In this document: piece by piece, positions 15,999-24,321 of the stretch
How the letters are laid out: every line of letters begins with the position of its first letter
Numbering within the stretch: the stretch's first letter is position 1
Program-made: the position numbers and the translations under genes
The notes under the pieces: generated by a model
Database searches by the model: none
Told to the model about the DNA's origin: nothing
What the model saw: the letters and a program-made list of their open reading frames with translations, nothing else
IMG/VR virus record: IMGVR_UViG_3300048579_000376
Coordinates: 1-45,832 of that record
Reading direction: 5' to 3' (one strand)
Source of the DNA: a virus
Lineage: Duplodnaviria; Caudoviricetes
Length of the DNA stretch: 45,832 bases

Positions 15999-16055
15999 AA
16001 ATATGGCGTTACGCCAAGGTTTATGCAATCAAAAACTTGACGCTACGCCATATTT
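15999..16055 (-). promoter_or_regulatory. Promoter and twin operators of the inverted cassette
   Basis: Minus-strand TTGCAT-N17-CATATT. Palindrome TGGCGTTACGCCA (16004-16016) in the spacer, second copy TGACGCTACGCCA (16038-16050). AATCAAAAACTTG (16027-16039) fits the IHF consensus. Confidence 0.7.
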
Positions 16056-16085
16056 CCTAACTCCGGATAACGGAGGCGACTGGAT

Positions 16086-16505
16086 ATGACCACCCAGCCG
16101 TCCGATCCCGTTAACGACCGCATGTCCTGGTCCGACCTGGTTGAGCTGATCGGCCCGGCCAGGGCGCTGGATCTGTCGCGCCAGCGGGGCGGGCGATCCG
16201 TCTACGTGCCGTCTCCGGCCAATCTCACCGAGGGCTGCCCGCTGGTGATGATCGTCGGGGCGGCGGCGGCATCCAGGCTGGCCGGCAAGTACAGCGGCGC
16301 GCGCCTGCACGTCCCCAACGGGCCGGGCAAGCGGGCGCTGGTCCGGGCCATGCGCGGCCAGGGCAAGACCATCTCGGAGATCGTTGCGGCCACCAGGTAC
16401 ACCGAGCGCCACGTCTACACCGTCCTGGCCGAGCCGCCCGGTCCGGGGGAGGCGGCCGTCATGCCGGCCGCGCCGCCGCTGCTTGCCATGATGGGCGGGA
16501 AATGA
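16086..16505 (+). CDS. mor: Mor/C-family transcription activator
   Basis: LVELIG...AL.L...GGRSVYVP, C-terminal HTH (TISEIVAATRYTERHVYTVL). Lies before the lysis genes. Confidence 0.88.
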   Translation: MTTQPSDPVNDRMSWSDLVELIGPARALDLSRQRGGRSVYVPSPANLTEGCPLVMIVGAAAASRLAGKYSGARLHVPNGPGKRALVRAMRGQGKTISEIVAATRYTERHVYTVLAEPPGPGEAAVMPAAPPLLAMMGGK

Positions 16506-16534
16506 CAGTCTGAATGCCGCGCGGTGGCGTGCGG

Positions 16535-16580
16535 CTGAGATATCTCAGGTTCGACCGCCCAATCCCGCCGCCTCTACCCT
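16535..16580 (+). promoter_or_regulatory. Putative activator-dependent late promoter (Plys-like)
   Basis: Palindrome CTGAGATATCTCAG at 16535-16548, then a -10-like TACCCT 26 nt later. Confidence 0.7.
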
Positions 16581-16612
16581 CAGCGGACGATCATCACCGT
16601 CCCGAGGGTTCC

Positions 16613-17353
16613 ATGTTCGATGATTTCGCCCTGCTGGCCGCGACCCTGCGCCTCGGCTACGCCTTGCTCGCCGTAATCGGCCTGATCCTGGTGTCTTCCT
16701 GGCTCGACCAGCGGGCCGGGCGCACTTTCGCGCAGAGCCTGGAGCAGATGGCGAAGGAGCCCCTGGCCCTGGCCGTCTATTACGGCGGGCGCATCATCGC
16801 CCTGGCCCTGCTGATGGGCGCCCTGATGGGCTGCGCGGCGGCCAATGCCGGTACGCTCTACCCGTCGCGCTACGACGGCGAGATCGCCTCGGCGGTCAAG
16901 ACCTACTGGCCCGACTATCCCCGCCCGGCCAGCTGGAAGGCCCAGCTGTACCAAGAATCGCGCCTCGATCCCCGCGCTGTCTCCCCGGTGGGCGCCGCCG
17001 GCCTGGCGCAGTTCATGCCCGGCACCTGGGACCAGATCACCCGCGAGCTGCGGCTCGGCGCCGTCTCCCCCCATGCCCCCATCGCCATCAAGGCCGGCGC
17101 CTATTACATGGCCCGGCTGCGCCATATCTGGCGCGCCGGCCGCGACCCCTCCGACCGCCAGCCCCTGGCCCAGGCCAGCTACAACGCCGGGGCGGGCAAC
17201 ATCCTTAAGGCCCAGCAGACCTGTGGTGGCGCGCGGCTGTGGGCCGCGATCGCCCCGTGCCTGGGCCATGTGACCGGCCGCCATGCGGCCGAGACCCGGA
17301 CCTACGTGGAGCGTATCGCCCGCTACCAGGCGCAGATGGAGGCCGGACTGTGA
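16613..17353 (+). CDS. SLT-family lytic transglycosylase endolysin with an N-terminal 2-TM holin-like region
   Basis: QES..DPRAVSPVGAAGLAQFMPGTW, ASYNAG, ETRTYV. Two hydrophobic helices in the first ~75 aa. Confidence 0.9.
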   Translation: MFDDFALLAATLRLGYALLAVIGLILVSSWLDQRAGRTFAQSLEQMAKEPLALAVYYGGRIIALALLMGALMGCAAANAGTLYPSRYDGEIASAVKTYWPDYPRPASWKAQLYQESRLDPRAVSPVGAAGLAQFMPGTWDQITRELRLGAVSPHAPIAIKAGAYYMARLRHIWRAGRDPSDRQPLAQASYNAGAGNILKAQQTCGGARLWAAIAPCLGHVTGRHAAETRTYVERIARYQAQMEAGL

Positions 17354-17874
17354 ATCGTCTGGCCTGGATCGCCTTCGCCCTGGCCGTCATCGGCGGGGCG
17401 GCCGTCTCGGGCGCCCTGGTCCACTCCTACGACCGCGCCCAGCACGACAAGGCCATCGCCGACCTGCGGGCCGAGGCCGCCACCACCCTGGCCGACCAGA
17501 CCGAAATCGTCCTGCGCCAGATGCAGGACCTGATCGACAACCGCACCAAGCTGGAGGACGACTATGCCCGCCTCGCCCAGGACACCGCCCGCGCCAAGGC
17601 CGATGGTGTCCGCCTGTCTGCTGATCTCGCTGCTGCTGAGCAGCGCCTGCTCCAGCTCGCCCGAGCCGGTGGGGGCGGTGGTGGTGGCGCCAAGGCCCAA
17701 ACCGCTGCCGGCGACGACCGCTGTCAGGACGTACAAGCCGCCCTCGGTCGGGCCCTTGGCGCGGTGGCAATCCTCCGTGCTGGAGGCGACGAGGCTGCTC
17801 AACTCGGGCAAGACGCCGTAGACGTGGCGACCATCGCCGCCCGCGACGCCCGCGAGCGGGAGACCGCCCGGTGA
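17350..17874 (+). CDS. Rz: Inner-membrane spanin (Rz-like)
   Basis: N-terminal TM helix followed by a coiled coil. Directly after the endolysin. Confidence 0.78.
   Translation: MNRLAWIAFALAVIGGAAVSGALVHSYDRAQHDKAIADLRAEAATTLADQTEIVLRQMQDLIDNRTKLEDDYARLAQDTARAKADGVRLSADLAAAEQRLLQLARAGGGGGGGAKAQTAAGDDRCQDVQAALGRALGAVAILRAGGDEAAQLGQDAVDVATIAARDARERETAR
17603..17821 (+). CDS. Rz1: Outer-membrane spanin lipoprotein embedded in Rz (+1 frame)
   Basis: MVSACLLISLLLSSAC lipoprotein signal and a Pro-rich mature part. Confidence 0.75.
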   Translation: MVSACLLISLLLSSACSSSPEPVGAVVVAPRPKPLPATTAVRTYKPPSVGPLARWQSSVLEATRLLNSGKTP

Positions 17875-18038
17875 GCGACGATGCCGACCGCTTCCAGTCC
17901 ATCCAGGAGCGCCATCTGCTGCACGCGCTGGCCAAGGCCGGGGTCAAGCCCCGCGTTTTGACCATCCCGCCGCCCCATTACGTCGATGCGCCGCCCATCC
18001 CCCAGCAAGCCGAAAAGGACGACAACGATCATGGGTGA
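17871..18038 (+). CDS. Small protein resembling the TraR/DksA N-terminus without the Zn finger
   Basis: MSDDADRFQSIQERHLLHAL..., 55 aa. GTGA overlap with the spanin stop. Confidence 0.55.
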   Translation: MSDDADRFQSIQERHLLHALAKAGVKPRVLTIPPPHYVDAPPIPQQAEKDDNDHG

Positions 18039-18453
18039 TTTGTTTCTCGCGTGGTGGCCGGTGATCTCCGTCGTCGGGGGCTCGGCCTTCGGCGGCCTGG
18101 CGCTGTGGGTGGCCTGGACCGCCAAGCAACAGTTCGTGACCCATGACGCTTGGGACGAATGGCGCCGTGCCCATCTCAAGGATCACCAAGCTCTGGACGC
18201 CACCCTGGCGTCGGGGGCGCGTGAGTTCGCCACGATCAAGACGGAGCTGGAGCAGTTGCCCTCCCGCGACGATCTCGCCGCCCTTGACGGGAAATTGTCT
18301 GGCCTGACGGCGGATGTCGCCGCCCTGTCGGAGGGGGTGGATGGCGTCAAGACCGCCATCAACGGCCTGTCCGAGACCATCCAGACCCTGATGCAGCACG
18401 AGCTGGCCGAGGCCCGCGAGGCCAAGGCCGCCGCCGCCAGGCGCGGGGGGTGA
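18031..18453 (+). CDS. DUF2730 / Mu gp25-like protein
   Basis: N-terminal TM, ELEQLPSRDDL coiled coil, and position. Confidence 0.78.
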   Translation: MGDLFLAWWPVISVVGGSAFGGLALWVAWTAKQQFVTHDAWDEWRRAHLKDHQALDATLASGAREFATIKTELEQLPSRDDLAALDGKLSGLTADVAALSEGVDGVKTAINGLSETIQTLMQHELAEAREAKAAAARRGG

Positions 18454-19049
18454 TGATGGATTTCGTCGAACGCCTCGCCAGCCACGTGCGCCTCGCCATC
18501 CTGCTGTCCCTGCTGGAGGAGCCGGCCGAGGAGCGCCTGCGCTACGCCGCCCTGCGCATCCTGTCGCGCATCCCCGGCCGCGCCGCCACCGCCAGCTTTT
18601 TGGAGGAGGTGCTGCCCGATTACGGTTTCGACGTCACCCGCGACCAGGTGGTGGCGGTGCTGGCCTGGTGCCACCGCTCGGGGCTGGTCGTCATGCCCGA
18701 GGACGAGGGGGTGATCGGCGCCCTGATTCTCGATCTGGGGCGCGATGTCGCAATGGGCCGGGCCCGGGTGCCCGGCGTGGCGCCGGCCGCCACCCTGTCC
18801 TGGCTGCAGGACAATCTGTCGGCCAAGTCGCTGCGCCAGTCCGCCGCCGATCTGTGCGACCAGGTGAGCTGGCTGGCCGCCGCCAGGCTCGTCACCTTCG
18901 ACGACGCCCCCGACCTGGTGGCGATGCCGACCCGCCTGGGCGGCGACGTGGCCGCCGGCCGGACCGAGGTGCTGGGCGTTAAATCACCGTCGTCGTCCAC
19001 CATCATGCGGCTGGCGTCTAACGCCGCCCGCGACCGGCTGGGCGGCTGA
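18453..19049 (+). CDS. Mu gp26-like protein with a duplicated domain
   Basis: Two copies of DQV..WL...LV...G.DVA.GR..V.GV..P. Confidence 0.8.
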   Translation: MMDFVERLASHVRLAILLSLLEEPAEERLRYAALRILSRIPGRAATASFLEEVLPDYGFDVTRDQVVAVLAWCHRSGLVVMPEDEGVIGALILDLGRDVAMGRARVPGVAPAATLSWLQDNLSAKSLRQSAADLCDQVSWLAAARLVTFDDAPDLVAMPTRLGGDVAAGRTEVLGVKSPSSSTIMRLASNAARDRLGG

Positions 19050-19050
19050 C

Positions 19051-19551
19051 ATGGCCCACCCGCCCGAAGCCCGCCGCGCCGTCCGCGACGCCTACGTCCT
19101 CGACAAGCTGGAGCTGGCCCAGGCCGCCGCGCGTTCCGGCGTGCCCTTCGACACCGCGCGGAAGTGGAAGGGTACCGCCGCCGGGGCCGGCGACGATTGG
19201 GACAAGGCCCGCGCCGCCCACTCGCTCACCTCGTCCGGCGCCGGCACCATCGCCCAGCTGGTGCTGCACGATTTCCTGATCATGTACCAGGCGACGGTCG
19301 AAGGGGTAAGGGAGGCCGACGACATGGCCGCCAAGGACAAGGCCGAAACCCTGTCCCGCCTGGCCGATGCGTTTCAAAAAACCATGAGCGCGGTGGCCAA
19401 GGCGGCCCCCGACCTCGGCCGCTACGCCGTGGCCACCGAACTGCTGGCCGACCAGGCCGAGTTCGTGGCGACCCGCTTCCCCCAGCACCGCGCCGCCTTC
19501 GTCGAATTGCTGGAGCCGTTCGGCGCCCACATCGCCCAGAAATACGGCTGA
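19051..19551 (+). CDS. Terminase small subunit-like (DUF1804 / Mu gp27)
   Basis: MAHP.E.R..VR..YV, GV...TARKWK, GDDWDKARAA. Confidence 0.85.
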   Translation: MAHPPEARRAVRDAYVLDKLELAQAAARSGVPFDTARKWKGTAAGAGDDWDKARAAHSLTSSGAGTIAQLVLHDFLIMYQATVEGVREADDMAAKDKAETLSRLADAFQKTMSAVAKAAPDLGRYAVATELLADQAEFVATRFPQHRAAFVELLEPFGAHIAQKYG

Positions 19552-19555
19552 CGTC

Positions 19556-21211
19556 ATGGCGCGCGGCGGCAACACGAAAAAGGAGGATTTTCTTAAGTCG
19601 CTGGCCGAGCTGGCCGCCGAGCAGCGCCGGCTGATCGAGACCGAGTGCCCGGGCTTCGACATGGACCCGGCCGCCTCGGCCGAACGCCGGGCCAAGGTGC
19701 TGTCCGACGATCCCGACGCCTTCGAGGTCTTTTGCCGCACCTACTTCCCCCATTACGTCAAGGGCGAGCCCAGCGCCTTCCACGCCTGGCTGTTCGAGCA
19801 TCTGCCCCAGGTGGTCAAGGCGCCCGACGGCAGGCGCGAGCTGATCGCCGCGCCGCGCGGCAACGCCAAGTCGACGATCGTCACCCTGCTGTTCACGCTC
19901 TGGTGCGTCATCCGCCGGATCAAGCGGTTTCCGGTCATTTTGTCCGACACCTTCGACCAGGCCGCCGTCCACCTGCAGGCCGCCAAGTCCGAGCTGGAGT
20001 TCAACCCCCGCCTCGCCGCCGACTTTCCCGACGACACCGGCGCCGGGCCGGTCTGGCAGGCGACCGAGATCGTCTGCGCCAACGGCGCCAAGATCAAGAT
20101 CGGCGGATCATGCAAGGCGCTGCGCGGCTTCCGTCACGGCGCCCAGCGTCCAGATCTGGTGATCGCCGACGATTTGGAGAACGACGAGAACGTCCAGAAC
20201 CCCGACCAGCGGGCCAAGCTGGAAAAGTGGATCGACAAGACGGTGGAGCCGCTGGGTCCGCCCGACGGCTCCATGGACCTGATCTGGGTCAACACCTTCC
20301 TGCATTTCGACGCGGTGGCCATGCGCAAGTCGCGCAACCCCATGTGGCGATCCGAGATCTTCCGGGCGGTGCTGCAATGGCCCGACCGCATGGACCTGTG
20401 GGAAGAGTGGGAAGGCATTCTGCGTAACAACGACCCCAAGGTCGCCGAGGCGCTGGCCGATGCCTTCTACGCCGAGCATCTGGCCGAGATGCTGGCCGGC
20501 GCCCGAGTGCTGTGGCCGTCGGTACAGCCGCTGGTCAAGCTGATGAAGATCCGGGTGCGCATCGGCGAAGACGCCTTCAGCTCCGAGTACCAGAATCAGC
20601 CCATCGATGGCGACGCCCAGATGTTCGCACACCTGACATTCTGGGTGTCGCGTCTGGCCGAATGGGTGTTCGTCGGCGCCTGCGACCCGTCCTTGGGCGG
20701 CCAGAACAAGCGCAACGATCCCAGCGCCATCGGCGTTGGGGGCTTCAACCGGTCCACCGGGGTGCTCGACGTGGTGGAGGCGTCGATCCGCAAGCGCGTG
20801 CCCAGCGTCATCATGGCCGACATCGAGGCGCTGCACCGCGAATACCACTGCCTCAAATGGGGGGTGGAAACGGTCCAGTTCCAGGCGTTCTTCGCGCAGC
20901 AACTGGTCAAGGAATCGGCGGTGCGCGGCACCCCCATCCCCATGGTCCCCATCAAGTCCACGGTGGAAAAGGCGCTGCGCATCGAAAGCCTGGAGCCCCA
21001 TATCCGCAACGGTCTGATCCGCATCGGCGTCAATCAGTCGGTGCTGAAGGACCAGTTGCGCTTCTACCCCCAGCACCCTCACGACGACGGCCCCGACATG
21101 CTGGAAATGCTGTGGCAGATGGCCCAATCCATCCGCTCCGGCCGGGGCAACGTCCGCACCGCCGGCCGGCGCGTCGCCACCGGCCGCAACCTTTCGGGAT
21201 TCGCCTCATGA
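19556..21211 (+). CDS. Terminase large subunit
   Basis: APRGNAKST, RPDLVIADDLE, ACDPS, HDDGPD. Confidence 0.95.
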   Translation: MARGGNTKKEDFLKSLAELAAEQRRLIETECPGFDMDPAASAERRAKVLSDDPDAFEVFCRTYFPHYVKGEPSAFHAWLFEHLPQVVKAPDGRRELIAAPRGNAKSTIVTLLFTLWCVIRRIKRFPVILSDTFDQAAVHLQAAKSELEFNPRLAADFPDDTGAGPVWQATEIVCANGAKIKIGGSCKALRGFRHGAQRPDLVIADDLENDENVQNPDQRAKLEKWIDKTVEPLGPPDGSMDLIWVNTFLHFDAVAMRKSRNPMWRSEIFRAVLQWPDRMDLWEEWEGILRNNDPKVAEALADAFYAEHLAEMLAGARVLWPSVQPLVKLMKIRVRIGEDAFSSEYQNQPIDGDAQMFAHLTFWVSRLAEWVFVGACDPSLGGQNKRNDPSAIGVGGFNRSTGVLDVVEASIRKRVPSVIMADIEALHREYHCLKWGVETVQFQAFFAQQLVKESAVRGTPIPMVPIKSTVEKALRIESLEPHIRNGLIRIGVNQSVLKDQLRFYPQHPHDDGPDMLEMLWQMAQSIRSGRGNVRTAGRRVATGRNLSGFAS

Positions 21212-22743
21212 CCGACGCTGCCGCCCCGCCGGGCGCCCCGCCGCCCGCCCTGCGCCGCGAGATCGCCACCGCGCGGCGCGACATCCTGATGCCGGTCTTC
21301 GGCAACCTGATGCGCCCCACCGACGACGTGCTGGTCACCCAAGGCGGCGGCCGTGGCCTCAAGATCTACGAGGAGATCGAGCGCGATCCCCTGGCCTTCG
21401 CGGTCCTGCAAAAACGCAAGCTGGCGCTGATCCAGCGCGATTGGGAGGTGCGGCCCGGCGGTCCCCGCCGCGAGGACCGCAAGGCGGCCGATCTGGCCGA
21501 TCGGGTGCTGAACGGCGAGTGGGGACTGTCGTTCGACAGGGTTTGCCTCGACCTGCTGGACGCCACCCTCAAGGGCTACGCCGTGGCCGAGATCGTCTGG
21601 GACGTGGCCGATGGCTTCATCGTCCCCGTGGCGATCCGGCCGAAGAATCAGCGGCGCTTCACCTTCGATGTCGACGGTCGGCCCCGCCTGCTCACCTTCG
21701 AAAGCATGGTGGAGGGCGAGGAACTGCCCGAGCGCAAGTTCCTGGTCCATCGCTTCGGCGACAGCTTCGGCGACCCCTTCGGCCGGGGCCTGGGCCACCA
21801 GCTGTTCTGGTGGGTCTATTTCAAGCGCATGGTGATGCAGTTCTGGCTGGTGTTCGCCGAGAAATTCGGCAGCCCCACCGTCAAGGGCGAATACGACACC
21901 ACCATGACGGAGGAGGATCAGGCTAAGCTACTGGATACGCTGACCTCCCTGGCCCAGCAGGGCGCCCTGATCTTCCCCCAGGGCACCGTAGTCGAACTGA
22001 TGGAGGCGGTCCGCTCCGGCACCGTCACCTACCCGGATCTGGTCGAGTACTGCGACACCATGATCACGCTGGCCACCCTGGGCAACAAGCTGACCACCAC
22101 CGAGGGCAAGGCCGGCAGCCGCGCCCTGGGGCAGGTCCACCAGGCGGTCGAGGACACCATCGTCGACGCCGACGCCGATCTGTTGAGCGGCACCCTCAAT
22201 CCCCAGCTGCTCGCCTGGATCACCTGGTTCAATTTCCCCGGTGCCCGGCCGCCCACCGTCTGGCGTCCCCGGCCGACCGAAGAAGAGGCCGAGGCCAAGC
22301 TGCTGCAGGAGCAGCTCAAGGCGCTCGACATGGCGCTGGCCCATGCGGACGCCCGCCGCCGCTCGGGTTGGATGCCGGTCGATTCCTCCCTGTCGTTGGT
22401 CGATATGGTCAAGGGCGACTGGACCTACGTCCCGCCCGTAGATCCCGTTCCGCGGGATGATTCCTCCCCGCCGGCCCTGGCCGCCCCGGCGCCGCGCCCC
22501 CGCGATGCCGCCGACGACCTGGCCGACCAGCTGGCCGAAATCGCCGCCCCCGCCCTGGACGGGATGATCGAGCGGGTCCGGGCGATTATCGCCGCCGCCC
22601 CCGACCTGCCCGCCGCCATCGAGGCCATGCTGGCCGAATACGATACCATCGACGACGGCGAGCTGGCCCGCGTGCTGGCCGCCGCCATGGAGACGGCGGC
22701 GCTGTCGGGCGCCGCCGAGGTCGCCCATGCCCCCCAATCCTGA
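21208..22743 (+). CDS. Portal protein (DUF935 / Mu gp29)
   Basis: LDATLKGYAVAEIVW, W..FAEKFG.P, GSRALGQVH. Confidence 0.95.
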   Translation: MTDAAAPPGAPPPALRREIATARRDILMPVFGNLMRPTDDVLVTQGGGRGLKIYEEIERDPLAFAVLQKRKLALIQRDWEVRPGGPRREDRKAADLADRVLNGEWGLSFDRVCLDLLDATLKGYAVAEIVWDVADGFIVPVAIRPKNQRRFTFDVDGRPRLLTFESMVEGEELPERKFLVHRFGDSFGDPFGRGLGHQLFWWVYFKRMVMQFWLVFAEKFGSPTVKGEYDTTMTEEDQAKLLDTLTSLAQQGALIFPQGTVVELMEAVRSGTVTYPDLVEYCDTMITLATLGNKLTTTEGKAGSRALGQVHQAVEDTIVDADADLLSGTLNPQLLAWITWFNFPGARPPTVWRPRPTEEEAEAKLLQEQLKALDMALAHADARRRSGWMPVDSSLSLVDMVKGDWTYVPPVDPVPRDDSSPPALAAPAPRPRDAADDLADQLAEIAAPALDGMIERVRAIIAAAPDLPAAIEAMLAEYDTIDDGELARVLAAAMETAALSGAAEVAHAPQS

Positions 22744-23983
22744 TCTGCTGCCCTTCGTAGAGGCCAACGACTACCTGGCGGGCAAGGCCCGCCTGCCGTC
22801 GTCGTCCTGGACCGACGTCAAGGAGGGGGGGCACGCCCGGTCCTTCGTGGTGGCGGGCGCCACCAAGGATGCCCTGCTGGCCGATTTCCATCAGGCCGTC
22901 GCCCGGGCGGTGGCTGAGGGTCGTACCAAGGCCGATTTCCTGCGCGATTTCGATTCCATCGTCGCCCGCCACGGCTGGTCCCACAAAGGGGGGCGGGCCT
23001 GGCGGGCGGGGGTGATCTACAACACCAACATGCGCATGGCCTTCTCCGCCGGGCGCTGGGCCCAGGTCAGGGCCACCGCCGCCCGGCTGGCCGCCCGGGG
23101 CGAGATCGTCTACCTGCGCTATTCCGCCGTGCTGGACGGCGCCACCCGGCCGCTACACCGCGAATGGGGCACGGCCGGCGGGACCGGCATCATCCTGCCC
23201 TGGGACCATCCGTTCTGGGACACCCATTTCCCGCCCAACGACTGGGGCTGCCGCTGCACGGTGGAGATCCTCACCGCCGACGACCTGGACCGACTGGGGA
23301 TGTCGCCCACCCCGGACAAGGACATCCCGGATACCGCCATGCAAGACCGCATCGTCAACACCGTCCTCGGCCCGGAGACCTGGCAGGCGCCGGAAGGCAT
23401 CGGCACCGGATTTGCCTACAATCCCGGCAAGGCCTGGCTGGGCGGCGCGGTGCCGGCGCCGCTGCGCGTGCCCATGCCGCCCCCCGGCGGCGCGGCGCCG
23501 GCCCACTCGCTGCCGCCGCTGCCGCCCCACCCGTTCGACGCCTCCCGGCTGCTGCCGCAGGGCCTCGCCGACGTGGACTATGTGGATCGCTTCCTGGCCG
23601 AGTTCGGGGCGAGCAGGGCGATGCCGGCGCCGTTGCGCGACGCGTCCGGCACCTTGCTGGCCATCGGCCACGAATTGTTCCTCGATCGCCGCTCCGGCGG
23701 CTGGAAGGTCGAGAAGAACGGCCGCGAGGTCCATCTGCTGACCCTGGCCGATGCGCTGAAGGACCCCGACGAGATCTGGGCGGACTGGTTTCCACTGGGC
23801 GCCGGTGCCTTCGCCGTGCGGCGGCGCTACCTGCGCGCCATCGCCATGCCGGACGGCGCCGGCGCCCTGGCCTCGTTCCAGTGGACCTCTCTGTCTTGGG
23901 AGGGGCGCACCATCTTCCCGCCGGACACGGCCTCGTATCTGGACGACCAGCGCAGGGGAGTGCTGCTGTGGAAGCGGATATGA
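22727..23983 (+). CDS. MuF minor head protein with a C-terminal PBECR-like nuclease domain
   Basis: SFVVAGA, TRPLH, FPPNDWGCRC, GFAYNPG. C-terminal LADALKDPDEIW...RRRYL...WEGRTIF...R.GVLLW. Confidence 0.88.
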   Translation: MPPNPDLLPFVEANDYLAGKARLPSSSWTDVKEGGHARSFVVAGATKDALLADFHQAVARAVAEGRTKADFLRDFDSIVARHGWSHKGGRAWRAGVIYNTNMRMAFSAGRWAQVRATAARLAARGEIVYLRYSAVLDGATRPLHREWGTAGGTGIILPWDHPFWDTHFPPNDWGCRCTVEILTADDLDRLGMSPTPDKDIPDTAMQDRIVNTVLGPETWQAPEGIGTGFAYNPGKAWLGGAVPAPLRVPMPPPGGAAPAHSLPPLPPHPFDASRLLPQGLADVDYVDRFLAEFGASRAMPAPLRDASGTLLAIGHELFLDRRSGGWKVEKNGREVHLLTLADALKDPDEIWADWFPLGAGAFAVRRRYLRAIAMPDGAGALASFQWTSLSWEGRTIFPPDTASYLDDQRRGVLLWKRI

Positions 23984-23985
23984 TA

Positions 23986-24057
23986 AGGGCCGGGACGCCC
24001 ACCGCCCCGGCCCTGTGCCGATCCCGAACGATCACGGTGGGCGCGCCGGATCAACAC
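23986..24057 (+). ncRNA. Putative kissing-loop/pseudoknot RNA element
   Basis: Stem 23986-23994/24006-24014. Its loop CGCCCACCG is the exact complement of CGGTGGGCG (24035-24043) inside a second hairpin (GATCC/GGATC). Confidence 0.5.
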
Positions 24058-24268
24058 TCCATCATCATACGCCGATCCGAGACGGCATGGAAGGGCGGGA
24101 AGGGCCGGGACGCCCCACCGGCCGTGGCGGGGTCGCTTCGCCCGCTGTGGGTGCGTTAACCACCCGTTAGCGGGCCTGCGGGCGCGCCCACCCGCACCCC
24201 GCGCGGAGACCGGCTTGCCCGGCGCGCGGAAAACGGGGACAATGGCAATCTCCTCCCCGCACCCCCTG

Positions 24269-24315
24269 ACCTGAGATATCTCAGGTTTTACCCCCGTCGC
24301 TCCCGCCGTCAGGAT
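24269..24315 (+). promoter_or_regulatory. Putative activator-dependent late promoter (PI-like)
   Basis: 18-bp perfect palindrome ACCTGAGATATCTCAGGT (24269-24286), then CAGGAT at 24310. Confidence 0.7.
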
Positions 24316-24321
24316 CGCCCC

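Noticed and set aside
14545-16089. 514-aa plus-strand ORF bridging gemA and mor
   Set aside because: It is the antisense shadow of three minus-strand genes that have RBSs and a promoter, and it is His/Arg/Gly-rich with no motifs. Its overlap with both neighbours is curious but not sufficient.
23980-24159. 59-aa ORF after MuF as an immunity protein
   Set aside because: The composition is not protein-like, and the region is better explained by RNA structure and repeats.
24156-24170. TTAA-N7-TTAG as a CtrA box, or this spacer as a Mu strong gyrase site
   Set aside because: It is an imperfect single match. The spacer is off-centre and I see no recognisable gyrase-site sequence. Scattered CGTTAA words are not clearly enriched.
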